Origin: Turneriella sp.
GTDB lineage: Bacteria > Spirochaetota > Leptospiria > Turneriellales > Turneriellaceae
Assembly (NCBI GenBank): GCA_965279515.1
Contig: CBDIID010000003.1
Location: 4,768,001-4,832,000 of the forward strand
Direction of reading: 5' to 3'
DNA length: 64,000 nucleotides
Of the stretch, positions 19,458-27,648 are shown piece after piece. The stretch's first letter is position 1; each line of letters starts with the position of its first letter. The position numbers and the translations under genes are program-made. The notes below the pieces were generated by a model. It was not told the origin of the DNA. It searched no databases and was given only the letters and a program-made list of their open reading frames with translations.

Positions 19458-20072
19458 ATGCCCGATGTGCTGCATGAATCCAAACTGTATTTCAATTCCC
19501 GCCTGGCCGATTGTATGCCATCGCCGCATCTGCACAGCGAGCAGATCAAGGTTTATAACCAATACATCGCCGTCTTAAACAATTCAACGAGCCCCGAAGA
19601 TTACCGGCAAAAACTCGGGCCGCTCGCGAGCATGTTTGCCGTCGCGCGCGCCGAGCAGGTGGATAAATATTTGAACCTGATGCGGCTCTACCAGAAGCTG
19701 GGAAATCCCGATAAGCTTAAGGCCGCGAAACTGCGTTATGACACCGCCGTCGCCGCACAGAACCATGGTGATCTCGTGAACCTCATGAGCACCGCGCAGA
19801 CGAGCGCTGCTGATATCGAAGCCGGCGGGCACCAGAAACTGAGCCTGGCTGTGACGCTGATCCAATGCCTGCTTGTATACATGACTGAACCCGAAGCGCC
19901 TGACAAAAAGGGCTCGCTCGCAGGAATTCTGACAACTTACACCGATCTTCTCAAGCTCGACCCGACTTTTAAATGGGAGTCGTATAAAGAAACGCCGTAT
20001 TCTTATATCGTATTTTTCGATGCGGAGCGCATGGCGCAGTTAGGCGAGGTCTTCATGGAGGCGACGGCATGA
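19458..20072 (+). CDS. Hypothetical alpha-helical protein
   Basis: Long ORF; ATG 19458 lies 33 nt after TTGACG. Confidence 0.7.
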   Translation: MPDVLHESKLYFNSRLADCMPSPHLHSEQIKVYNQYIAVLNNSTSPEDYRQKLGPLASMFAVARAEQVDKYLNLMRLYQKLGNPDKLKAAKLRYDTAVAAQNHGDLVNLMSTAQTSAADIEAGGHQKLSLAVTLIQCLLVYMTEPEAPDKKGSLAGILTTYTDLLKLDPTFKWESYKETPYSYIVFFDAERMAQLGEVFMEATA

Positions 20073-20074
20073 GA

Positions 20075-20121
20075 GCACATCCTGTGCGCCGTCGCCCCGG
20101 TGCATCCTGCACCACGGGGCG
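20075..20121. repeat. Two ATCCT/AGGAT-loop hairpins (relative of the 45.3-45.5 kb array)
   Basis: GCAC-ATCCT-GTGC and CGCCCCG-GTGC-ATCCT-GCAC-CA-CGGGGCG. Confidence 0.7.
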
Positions 20122-20132
20122 TAAGGCCTAAC

Positions 20133-21176
20133 ATGGACGAAGGCAGCCGCGGCATGCTTGACAGCTACAAGTCGGGCATCGACAACTATGTAAAAAAACT
20201 CGGGGCGGATCACCCCAAGATCCAGGAGCTGTTGGCGTGCTTCAAGGACTTCGAAGCCCTGGGCGAAAAATCCGGCGATTTCGCGGGTTTCCACGCCGCC
20301 GCCAGCGCAGAGAATTTTTATGGCAAACTCACGAACCTGATGACCGAAGCGGCGATGGCGCAGCCTGCGGGCGGCGCTGCAGCCGAACCCACTGCCGCCC
20401 AGGCGGCGCAGGGGTACCATGCAGCCTACGCCGCTATTTTGCCCGAGGTCAAGGCCGGGCCGACCGGTAAGGTCTATGAGCGTATTTTTCAGATCGAGAA
20501 AGAGAGCGACAGCGCCTTACAGTTCATGCGCAGGCTCGCCGAGGAACATTTGCTCGTCGATATCTCGCGCATTCAGCTCATCGCCGAATTTAAGCGCGCC
20601 CATGAGCTCATGCGCGATGCTGCGAAAACTTCGGGCGGCGGTGGTGTTTCGCTGCCGGCGAGCGAAGCTTATTTCAACGCCACGCAAAAGTCGATGTCCG
20701 AGGCGAAGAGCATCACCCAGGTCGAATACCTCATGGTAGCGCGTGCCGAAATCGCCCAACTGGCGACGCTCTGGGATATGGGGTTTTGCAATGCGCTTTA
20801 CCATCACCTAGCTTCTGAAGTCTCCGGGTATATGCTCGATACTTCAGAAGAGCAGCGCCAACGTGTGGAGAAAACATACCGCTATGTCGGCGCGTGGTGG
20901 GGTGTTGATTGGGACGAGCTCCATAAAATCGAGCGCGTCTGGGATTTCTTCACCGTGACGCTGTGGCCGGCACTCAGAAAAGATTGGGAGCCCAAGGGTA
21001 TTCCCAACGCCGAAGCGATGCGCGATTACCTGAAGACCTATCTCGACAAGGCGATGAAGGATAAACCCCCGCTTCAGCGCAATAGCCAGAACAAGTTTGC
21101 GCTATTTTGGGGCAACAATGTGCCTCTCGAAAAGGTCCATCAAACCCTGCTGCATCCGCCGGATTTACTTCGGTGA
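20133..21176 (+). CDS. Hypothetical alpha-helical protein
   Basis: Long ORF with Ala-rich linker; start ATG 20133. Confidence 0.72.
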   Translation: MDEGSRGMLDSYKSGIDNYVKKLGADHPKIQELLACFKDFEALGEKSGDFAGFHAAASAENFYGKLTNLMTEAAMAQPAGGAAAEPTAAQAAQGYHAAYAAILPEVKAGPTGKVYERIFQIEKESDSALQFMRRLAEEHLLVDISRIQLIAEFKRAHELMRDAAKTSGGGGVSLPASEAYFNATQKSMSEAKSITQVEYLMVARAEIAQLATLWDMGFCNALYHHLASEVSGYMLDTSEEQRQRVEKTYRYVGAWWGVDWDELHKIERVWDFFTVTLWPALRKDWEPKGIPNAEAMRDYLKTYLDKAMKDKPPLQRNSQNKFALFWGNNVPLEKVHQTLLHPPDLLR

Positions 21177-21214
21177 AGTCCTTGACGGGCGCAATCCAAG
21201 GTGGACTTTGCAGC

Positions 21215-21736
21215 ATGAAGTTACGCGACCTGATTATTCCCGTCGGCCTCATTTTGGCCGTAGCGGCGACCCGGCTGATTCCCCACCCACCGAATTTTAC
21301 CCCGGTGATGAGCGTCGCGCTTTTCGGTTCTGCGGTACTCGCGAACCGCTACCTCGGTATTGCCGTTGCCATCGCTGCGATGGCAATTTCAAATCTCATT
21401 TTGGGCGGGCATTCGACCTGGACCTTTGTCTATGGCGCTATGATCCTCACTGGCATTCTCGGTTTTACGCTGCGTGAAAAACGCTCTATCCCGCGTATTC
21501 TGGTCGTCACCCTCACAGGCAGCATCGTGTTTTTCCTGATTTCAAACCTGGGTGTTTTTATCATGCAAGACCTGTATCCGAAAACAGCTTCCGGCCTCGT
21601 TGCCTGTTATACCATGGCTTTGCCGTTTTTCAAGAATACGTTAGCGGGGGATTTCCTCTTTACCGGCGTCCTGTTTTCGCTGCACTACCTGCTCACGCGC
21701 CGCTCTGAACAGAACCGCCTCGCCAACGCGGCTTGA
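21215..21736 (+). CDS. DUF6580-like membrane protein (ECF S-component-like)
   Basis: RLIPHPPNFTP, FFLISNLGVF, YPKTASGLVACYTMALPFF; multiple TM segments. Confidence 0.8.
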   Translation: MKLRDLIIPVGLILAVAATRLIPHPPNFTPVMSVALFGSAVLANRYLGIAVAIAAMAISNLILGGHSTWTFVYGAMILTGILGFTLREKRSIPRILVVTLTGSIVFFLISNLGVFIMQDLYPKTASGLVACYTMALPFFKNTLAGDFLFTGVLFSLHYLLTRRSEQNRLANAA

Positions 21737-22773
21737 TCCCGGTCCGCCGAGCGCTCACTTTTATTTTAGCGCAGCAACGCGCTAAAACCGCGCTACCTAT
21801 TGCCATACGCAGCGAGAAAATTGCCGTCGGCAAGAAAACGCATAACGCCGATATCTACACACCTGCAAAGGCAGAACTCAATCCCATCATCTTTCTGCAC
21901 GGCATGTCGCCGCTGGGTATTGCCGACCCCCGGCAGGTGATTGCGGTACGCGCGCTCGCGGCCACAGGGTTTACCGTCATCTGTCCTGAACTGCCTGAGA
22001 TCCAGGACCTGAAAATTACCGCCACGAGTATCGACTCCTTCGCGAAGGTTGTGGCGGCCATTCTCGCCGATAAGAGACTTTGCCCGCAGGGCAGGGCGGC
22101 ATTGTTTGCCCCGTCGTTTTCCGGGGCGATCTGCCTCAAGGTTGCATCCCTGGCAAATATCAGCGAGCGTATTTCCTCGGTCTGCGCCCTGGGGTCGCTT
22201 GCCCATGTGCGTGACAGCATGGAATATCTCTTTCTTTCCGATGACGCCGATACCTATGCGCGATATATCGTGCTCTCCAACTATTTGCCGCTCGTCAAAA
22301 AATACCAGCCGCTTGCACCGGTCTTCGACGCCCTCGCGCGCGATAACTGGAACCAGAGCGCGGCGAGAAATCCCCGCCTCACGGGTTATACCCCGACAGA
22401 CAATGCGGCGAAAGCGCTCAAAAAGCTCACCCCAAAAAACCGCGCCCGCGCGCAGGCACTGAAAGACGATGTGGCCTACCGCAGGGAAGTCTTTGCGGAG
22501 CTCACACCCTACATGGAAACAGAACTTCAGGCCTATGATATCGTCGCGGTCGCAGAAAATATTCTCGCGCCGACCTTGCTCATGCATGGTTTATCTGACA
22601 ATGTCATTCCGGCCCAGGAGTCAATGGGCCTTGCGCCGCACCTCAAGCGCGTGCGCCTCGTCGTCTCGCCGTTTTTGGGCCATGCCGATACCGCTGTCTC
22701 ACTAAGACTGATCGGCGACGTCTGGCGGCTCATTTCAGGCTTCGCGTATTTCTTCAGGCACGCCGCACGTTGA
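21733..22773 (+). CDS. Alpha/beta hydrolase fold protein
   Basis: FLHGM, APSFSG elbow, LMHGLSDNVIP, LGHAD. Confidence 0.75.
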   Translation: MIPVRRALTFILAQQRAKTALPIAIRSEKIAVGKKTHNADIYTPAKAELNPIIFLHGMSPLGIADPRQVIAVRALAATGFTVICPELPEIQDLKITATSIDSFAKVVAAILADKRLCPQGRAALFAPSFSGAICLKVASLANISERISSVCALGSLAHVRDSMEYLFLSDDADTYARYIVLSNYLPLVKKYQPLAPVFDALARDNWNQSAARNPRLTGYTPTDNAAKALKKLTPKNRARAQALKDDVAYRREVFAELTPYMETELQAYDIVAVAENILAPTLLMHGLSDNVIPAQESMGLAPHLKRVRLVVSPFLGHADTAVSLRLIGDVWRLISGFAYFFRHAAR

Positions 22774-24191
22774 TCGCCTCCCTCGAACATGTCACGGTGG
22801 CGCGGGGTGGAAAGCCCGTGCTCAGCGATATCAGCTTTAGCCTGAATGCGGGCGACCGGGTTTTTATCGGCGGTGAAAACGGCGCGGGTAAAAGTTCACT
22901 CCTGCTGCTGCTTGCGGGCCGGCTGCACCCCTATAATAACGCCGGCACGCGGCGCTATGCGTGGGATGGCCTGCAGGGCGAAGATTTTCGCCAGAGCCGC
23001 AAACATATTGCCCTCGTGAGCCGCGAAGAGCAGAACCGTTTGCTGGGCATACACAGGCACAGCAGCGTGCGCGAATTTCTCACCGGCCACCTCGAAGGGC
23101 AGGATTTCCTCTACCGCGACAGCTTGCCCACCGATGACGAGCGCATGGGGCGCCTGATCGAAAAATTTGGTCTCACGCATCTCGCTGAGCGGCACCTTAA
23201 AACTCTGTCATTAGGCGAGATGCGGCTCTGCCTCATCGCCCGCGCCGACCTGTTCGCACGCAAACTTTATCTGTTAGACGAAGTGTTCAGCAGCCTTTCA
23301 GCCGCCGTCGCCGGGCGCGTGGCCGAGTGGATCACACGTCTGCCCCCCGAGGCTGCCGTTGTGCTTACGGGCCATGACGCGGATCGTATGGCTGATTTTT
23401 CATATACCGGGCGGTATATGGTTCGGGATGGGCAAATTTTCAGATCGGAAGCCGAAAAACCGGCATCAAAAAAGGCATCTTCCACTACCACTGTTGCATC
23501 CCACATAGTTAATGAAAGTGTGCTGATTGAATGTAAAGACGCCGATTTCTACCACGATTTTACCCGAATTTTTGCCAAACTGTCGTTTGGGTTACATACG
23601 GGTGACCGCGTGCTTCTCACCGGCCCCAACGGTTCGGGGAAGACAACGCTGCTGCGCATCATGCACGGGGACTTCTACCCGGCCTGGCAGCAGGGGTCGC
23701 TGACCTTTCTGGGCACACTGGCACACGAACAAAAGGCAGAGCTCTGGGCCAGGGCGCAGTTCATGGCCGCGGCACACTTTACCTATTATCCCGCAGGCAT
23801 GACAGTCAGGGAAGTGTTGGCATCGCGTTATTCGGGCTCGATCTATAGTTACGACGAAACATTGCCCGTCGAAGCGAATGGCGTGCTGGAAAGTTTTAAC
23901 CTCGCCGCTTTTCTCTCTCGTCGTTTTGCGGACCTTTCCGAAGGTGAAAAGACGCGCGTGCTGATTGCCCGGGCATTCCTGAAAGCAGCGCCGCTCTATC
24001 TCATCGATGAGGGGTTCATTGCGCTCAGCGAACGTTATTTTGCTGCGGCTGTTGGGTATCTGAACACGCTACGCGCAGAGGCGACGATTGTCATCGCCGC
24101 GAACGAACGGGTAGGCGAGTTAAAGCGGCAGCTCAGCTTTTCGCTGGCAGAGTGGCGGCTTGGGTCCGGTCGCTTAACCACGCATCTTTAG
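22770..24191 (+). CDS. Tandem-domain ABC ATPase (ModF-like)
   Basis: Two Walker A motifs (GENGAGKS, GPNGSGKT), LSLGE/LSEGE signatures, LLDE/LIDE. Confidence 0.85.
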   Translation: MIASLEHVTVARGGKPVLSDISFSLNAGDRVFIGGENGAGKSSLLLLLAGRLHPYNNAGTRRYAWDGLQGEDFRQSRKHIALVSREEQNRLLGIHRHSSVREFLTGHLEGQDFLYRDSLPTDDERMGRLIEKFGLTHLAERHLKTLSLGEMRLCLIARADLFARKLYLLDEVFSSLSAAVAGRVAEWITRLPPEAAVVLTGHDADRMADFSYTGRYMVRDGQIFRSEAEKPASKKASSTTTVASHIVNESVLIECKDADFYHDFTRIFAKLSFGLHTGDRVLLTGPNGSGKTTLLRIMHGDFYPAWQQGSLTFLGTLAHEQKAELWARAQFMAAAHFTYYPAGMTVREVLASRYSGSIYSYDETLPVEANGVLESFNLAAFLSRRFADLSEGEKTRVLIARAFLKAAPLYLIDEGFIALSERYFAAAVGYLNTLRAEATIVIAANERVGELKRQLSFSLAEWRLGSGRLTTHL

Positions 24192-25818
24192 AGCGCTTCG
24201 AGTATACATAACGTTCGAGCTTGGCTTCTTTGATGCCGGCAATCTTCAGGAAAATAAAACCATCCAAACTGTCGTTGAAATCTTTGTCGATGCCGAAGTC
24301 AAAGAAGTTCACGCCGCCTTCATCGCAGAGCTCGGTGTATTGTTTGTAGAGCGTCGGTACTGCATAACCATAGTGTTTGAGGTTCTGTTTGAGTTCTTTA
24401 AAGGCCTGCTTGTAATCGGCACTCTGCAAAACATTGGCAATCTTCGCTTCGGCACCTTTATGGAAGCTGAAGCGGTGTTTGGCCCTGACCGGGGAATTTT
24501 CGGCGCCGAACCACTTACGGTAGAAGTACACCAGGAGCTCGCGCGCTTCGGCGGAATACGACGCGCTGACCGATACCGGCCCGAAGAGGTAGTTGTATTG
24601 CGGTCGCGCGGCAAGAAAAGCGCCAATGCCGTGCCAGAGATAGTCGAGCGCCTGGCTGTTCCAGTAGGCGGGCTGCACAAAACTGCGGCCGAGCTCGAGC
24701 GCCTCGGGCAGATATTTTTCAAATTCTTCTGTATAACGGAACAGCGTTGAGGTATAAAATCCAGAAGTGCCGCGTTTTGCATAAACCTCGTCACCTGCCG
24801 CGAGGCGGTAGGCGCCGACGACTTCCAGCGCCTTCGGGTCCCAGAGCACGATGTGCAGATAATAGGCGTCGAATTCATCGAGATCGATCTTGCGCCCGGT
24901 GCCTTCGCCGACTTTGCGGAATGTCAGTTCGCGCAGGCGACCGATTTCGCGCATGAGTGCGGGGGCCGCCTCAAAGCGCACGAGCAGGATTTTAATCTTA
25001 TCGTCGGTCTCGCCCAAAACCTCGGCGGCGTTGATGTCGTTGAGAATAAGCTTTTTGTCGGTCGGATGCACTATGTTCTTAGTCGTTTTAAACGTCCCAG
25101 CCTTACCACGGCCGATGAGATAAACGTGTTTTCTGAGGAGTTTCGCCGCCGCGCCCGATTTGATGCCTTTCAACGATTCGGGCAGAATCGGATGAGAAAT
25201 GCTGATGTTGATCGCGCGGTGGCGCTGGCTGATGAGCTCAGAGTCGAGAGCGATATCGCTGTAGAGGCCGGCGACGGCCGTCCAGAAATAGTGTGAGAGC
25301 CGGTTTTTTGCGGCGACAAAGATCGGCAGCAGGGGGACATCCCAATGTGTCGCCATCTGCACGACGGACTTATGCCATTCACCATCGGTGATCTGGCTAA
25401 TACCCCAGTGGCGGGTTTTAGCGGGGAATACGATGACGGCTTTTTCAGCCAAGAGCGCGCGGTGGATGTTGCGCACCACGCCAAAACTATTGTTGCGGTC
25501 GTTGCGGATCACTTGCGCGTCTGCCGGCAGATATTCGGTGAGGTTGTCGGCGACGATGACGACGTCTTTGCGGATTTCGGCGACGACGGTGTAGAGTACG
25601 ATGAGGTCGACGAAGGCGAGGGGATGGTTCGCCGCGATGATCAGTCGCCCCTGCGCGGGGATGCGCTCGCGGTCGCGCAGGCTCAAAACGATTTTTAGAT
25701 CGATTTCATCGCGGATTTGCTCAGCGATCGTTGCGAAATCGCTTTTCTCGCCTTTGATGCGGCTACTCCGGAGCTTTTGGAAGGCTTCCGAGTAGATGAG
25801 TTTTTGCAGTTTTATCAT
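24133..25818 (-). CDS. PlsC-like acyltransferase fused to OlsB-like GNAT N-acyltransferase ('putative hemolysin' family)
   Basis: ANHPLAFVD, EIGRLRELTFRKVGEGTG, LELGRSFVQPAY, LFGPVSVS, VPTLYKQY. Start at ATG 25818. Confidence 0.88.
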   Translation of the reverse strand: MIKLQKLIYSEAFQKLRSSRIKGEKSDFATIAEQIRDEIDLKIVLSLRDRERIPAQGRLIIAANHPLAFVDLIVLYTVVAEIRKDVVIVADNLTEYLPADAQVIRNDRNNSFGVVRNIHRALLAEKAVIVFPAKTRHWGISQITDGEWHKSVVQMATHWDVPLLPIFVAAKNRLSHYFWTAVAGLYSDIALDSELISQRHRAINISISHPILPESLKGIKSGAAAKLLRKHVYLIGRGKAGTFKTTKNIVHPTDKKLILNDINAAEVLGETDDKIKILLVRFEAAPALMREIGRLRELTFRKVGEGTGRKIDLDEFDAYYLHIVLWDPKALEVVGAYRLAAGDEVYAKRGTSGFYTSTLFRYTEEFEKYLPEALELGRSFVQPAYWNSQALDYLWHGIGAFLAARPQYNYLFGPVSVSASYSAEARELLVYFYRKWFGAENSPVRAKHRFSFHKGAEAKIANVLQSADYKQAFKELKQNLKHYGYAVPTLYKQYTELCDEGGVNFFDFGIDKDFNDSLDGFIFLKIAGIKEAKLERYVYSKRSKDAWLSDRTQAATLPAKS

Positions 25819-25824
25819 AATTCT

Positions 25825-25848
25825 ATATTTAGTCAATTGACTAAATAT
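25825..25848. promoter_or_regulatory. Perfect 24-bp palindrome ATATTTAGTCAATTGACTAAATAT, candidate operator
   Basis: Exact inverted repeat lying between TTGACC (25854..25849, minus) and the acyltransferase start. Confidence 0.75.
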
Positions 25849-25958
25849 GGTCAAGGGGTCAAGCTGAAATGGCGCCTTACACTGGGGATGCCGGCGTATT
25901 TCAAGGCGGGAGTGAGAAAATTGCCCAGTTTTCTGGTATTTCATAGGTAGAGGCTTTT

Positions 25959-26519
25959 ATGAAAAACATCACTCCCCAACACTGTCACAAGACATCTGTT
26001 TCGTTGCCGCATATGTCCTACCGCAGGCTCAGCGCGGCGCGCAAAATTTTTGCCCGCAATGGCATCGTCTATTCCGATCAGGAAATCTACCGCCGTCTGT
26101 TTAAGCACTATCTCAAAAATTGGCGCGGGCGCGGCCGCAAAACCAACGGTTTGCGTCGCTACAACGCCGATGGCAAATTGTATGAGATTCACCCTCTCTA
26201 TATTAACCAGGTCTTATATGCCTTGCTGTGGCAACGCGCATTGCACTCCGGTGAATCCGTGTCGCGTATGTTAGATGTAGCGATTCGTGTATATCTGCCG
26301 CGCCTATTGGAAGAATTGTTGTGCCAATCATCGCCAGGCATGAAGCTCACCCGTAATGCGACCTATTGGGATCTACGATATGCGCGTCGGATTCATCAAT
26401 ACGCCGACTTCTTCATTAACTACCGATGCAAAACAGAGAAAAATGATGCAGCAGGACTCGAATATTCACAAAGTGCAAAAATTTTCTTCAAAGCAGATAT
26501 CTTGAGGGTAAGAATATAG
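25959..26519 (+). CDS. DUF1564-like hypothetical protein, paralog 2
   Basis: Shares long identical stretches with 1809..2390 (NWRGRGRKTNGLRRYNA, HPLYINQVLYA, SRMLDVAIRVYLP). Confidence 0.6.
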   Translation: MKNITPQHCHKTSVSLPHMSYRRLSAARKIFARNGIVYSDQEIYRRLFKHYLKNWRGRGRKTNGLRRYNADGKLYEIHPLYINQVLYALLWQRALHSGESVSRMLDVAIRVYLPRLLEELLCQSSPGMKLTRNATYWDLRYARRIHQYADFFINYRCKTEKNDAAGLEYSQSAKIFFKADILRVRI

Positions 26520-26522
26520 CAT

Positions 26523-27521
26523 TTATAAGCGAATAGACTTCAAGAATTCACGCCGCGGCGCGCGTTTGGCGTAAAGATGAACGAAATCCCACAGCAAGGC
26601 CCGGTGCGCCTTGAGATAGGCCTTGCGGCTTTCGCGCGGCGGGTTAAATATCGCCTCGCGGTTAAAAAGCCGGCGCGGGCTTTTGCGGATTTCTTGCCAG
26701 GTGCCGACCTCGAGCGTGAAGGGCAAAAACAGCGATTTTTTATTCTGCTGTGTGCGTTCGAATTCGATGAGCGCCGCGTCCCAGAGATCGCCGTGGGTTT
26801 GGTAACTCAGCGCCATGGGCTCGATGCGGTAGAGCCCATGATTCGAGCGAAGGCGTGCGGCTATTTTAAGAAAAGCCTGTTCCTGGAACACCGCCTTTTT
26901 GCTGTACGAGTATGGCCACCAGAAAAAATTCTCAGAACCATAACCCGAGTGGATGTCCAGGGCGAGGTGCACCTTTTTGCGCCGGCGGAGAAACTCCTGG
27001 TGCAGAAAACGGAAGAGCGCGCGTGTCTCGCGTTCCTTGGTATGCCCGCGGAAATAGGGCAGCGCGCCAGTGAGTTTGTGCCCGCCAAAAAAGGGGAGCG
27101 CCCTTTCAGCCTCGACGCCCGAATTGCGGTTGAGGTCAATCCCCCTTGCGTTGGAACGCGTGACGCCGGCTACACCCGCCGGGTTGAGAATCGGTATCGA
27201 GTAGATGCCGAATTTGCCTGCCAGCAGGTCAGGCGAATAATGGCGTCCCTTGACATCAATCAGCCGGCTTAAGATGTCGAGATGTATGCGGATGCCGATG
27301 GTTTCGAGGCCATGGACGCCCGAGACGATGAGCGGCGCGTGTTTTTTGAACGCCGACTTTTTGCCGATTTCGAGCAGGTAGACCGGCCAGCGCTGGCCGT
27401 TTTTGGAAGGCGATGAATAGTCCATCTGGCGGATACGAATGAGCCCGTCGGATTTTTTCACGAGGCGAAAAATGCGCCGTTGCCAGCGCTCGAAGCGCAG
27501 GATTTCATCCGTGGTTTTCAT
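26523..27521 (-). CDS. M14 zinc carboxypeptidase-like protein (DUF2817-like)
   Basis: GVHGLE, RSNARGIDLNRN, LDIHSG, TLEVG. Confidence 0.85.
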   Translation of the reverse strand: MKTTDEILRFERWQRRIFRLVKKSDGLIRIRQMDYSSPSKNGQRWPVYLLEIGKKSAFKKHAPLIVSGVHGLETIGIRIHLDILSRLIDVKGRHYSPDLLAGKFGIYSIPILNPAGVAGVTRSNARGIDLNRNSGVEAERALPFFGGHKLTGALPYFRGHTKERETRALFRFLHQEFLRRRKKVHLALDIHSGYGSENFFWWPYSYSKKAVFQEQAFLKIAARLRSNHGLYRIEPMALSYQTHGDLWDAALIEFERTQQNKKSLFLPFTLEVGTWQEIRKSPRRLFNREAIFNPPRESRKAYLKAHRALLWDFVHLYAKRAPRREFLKSIRL

Positions 27522-27648
27522 ACCCGACCGGAGAAAACGGTGGCGGTGACACTTCGTCAATTAACGAAATATTGTGGATGAGATGTCCCGGAGTCGATAA
27601 TATAGCAGGTGGGCAGGCTGTGTCGGTTTCTGTAAGCAGCAAGTAACG

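Noticed and set aside
18568..21176. Genomic island integrated at tRNA-Asp
   Set aside because: No integrase and no distant tRNA 3'-end repeat was seen.
21177..21214. Cobalamin riboswitch before the DUF6580-like gene
   Set aside because: Only 38 nt of intergenic space and no B12-box.
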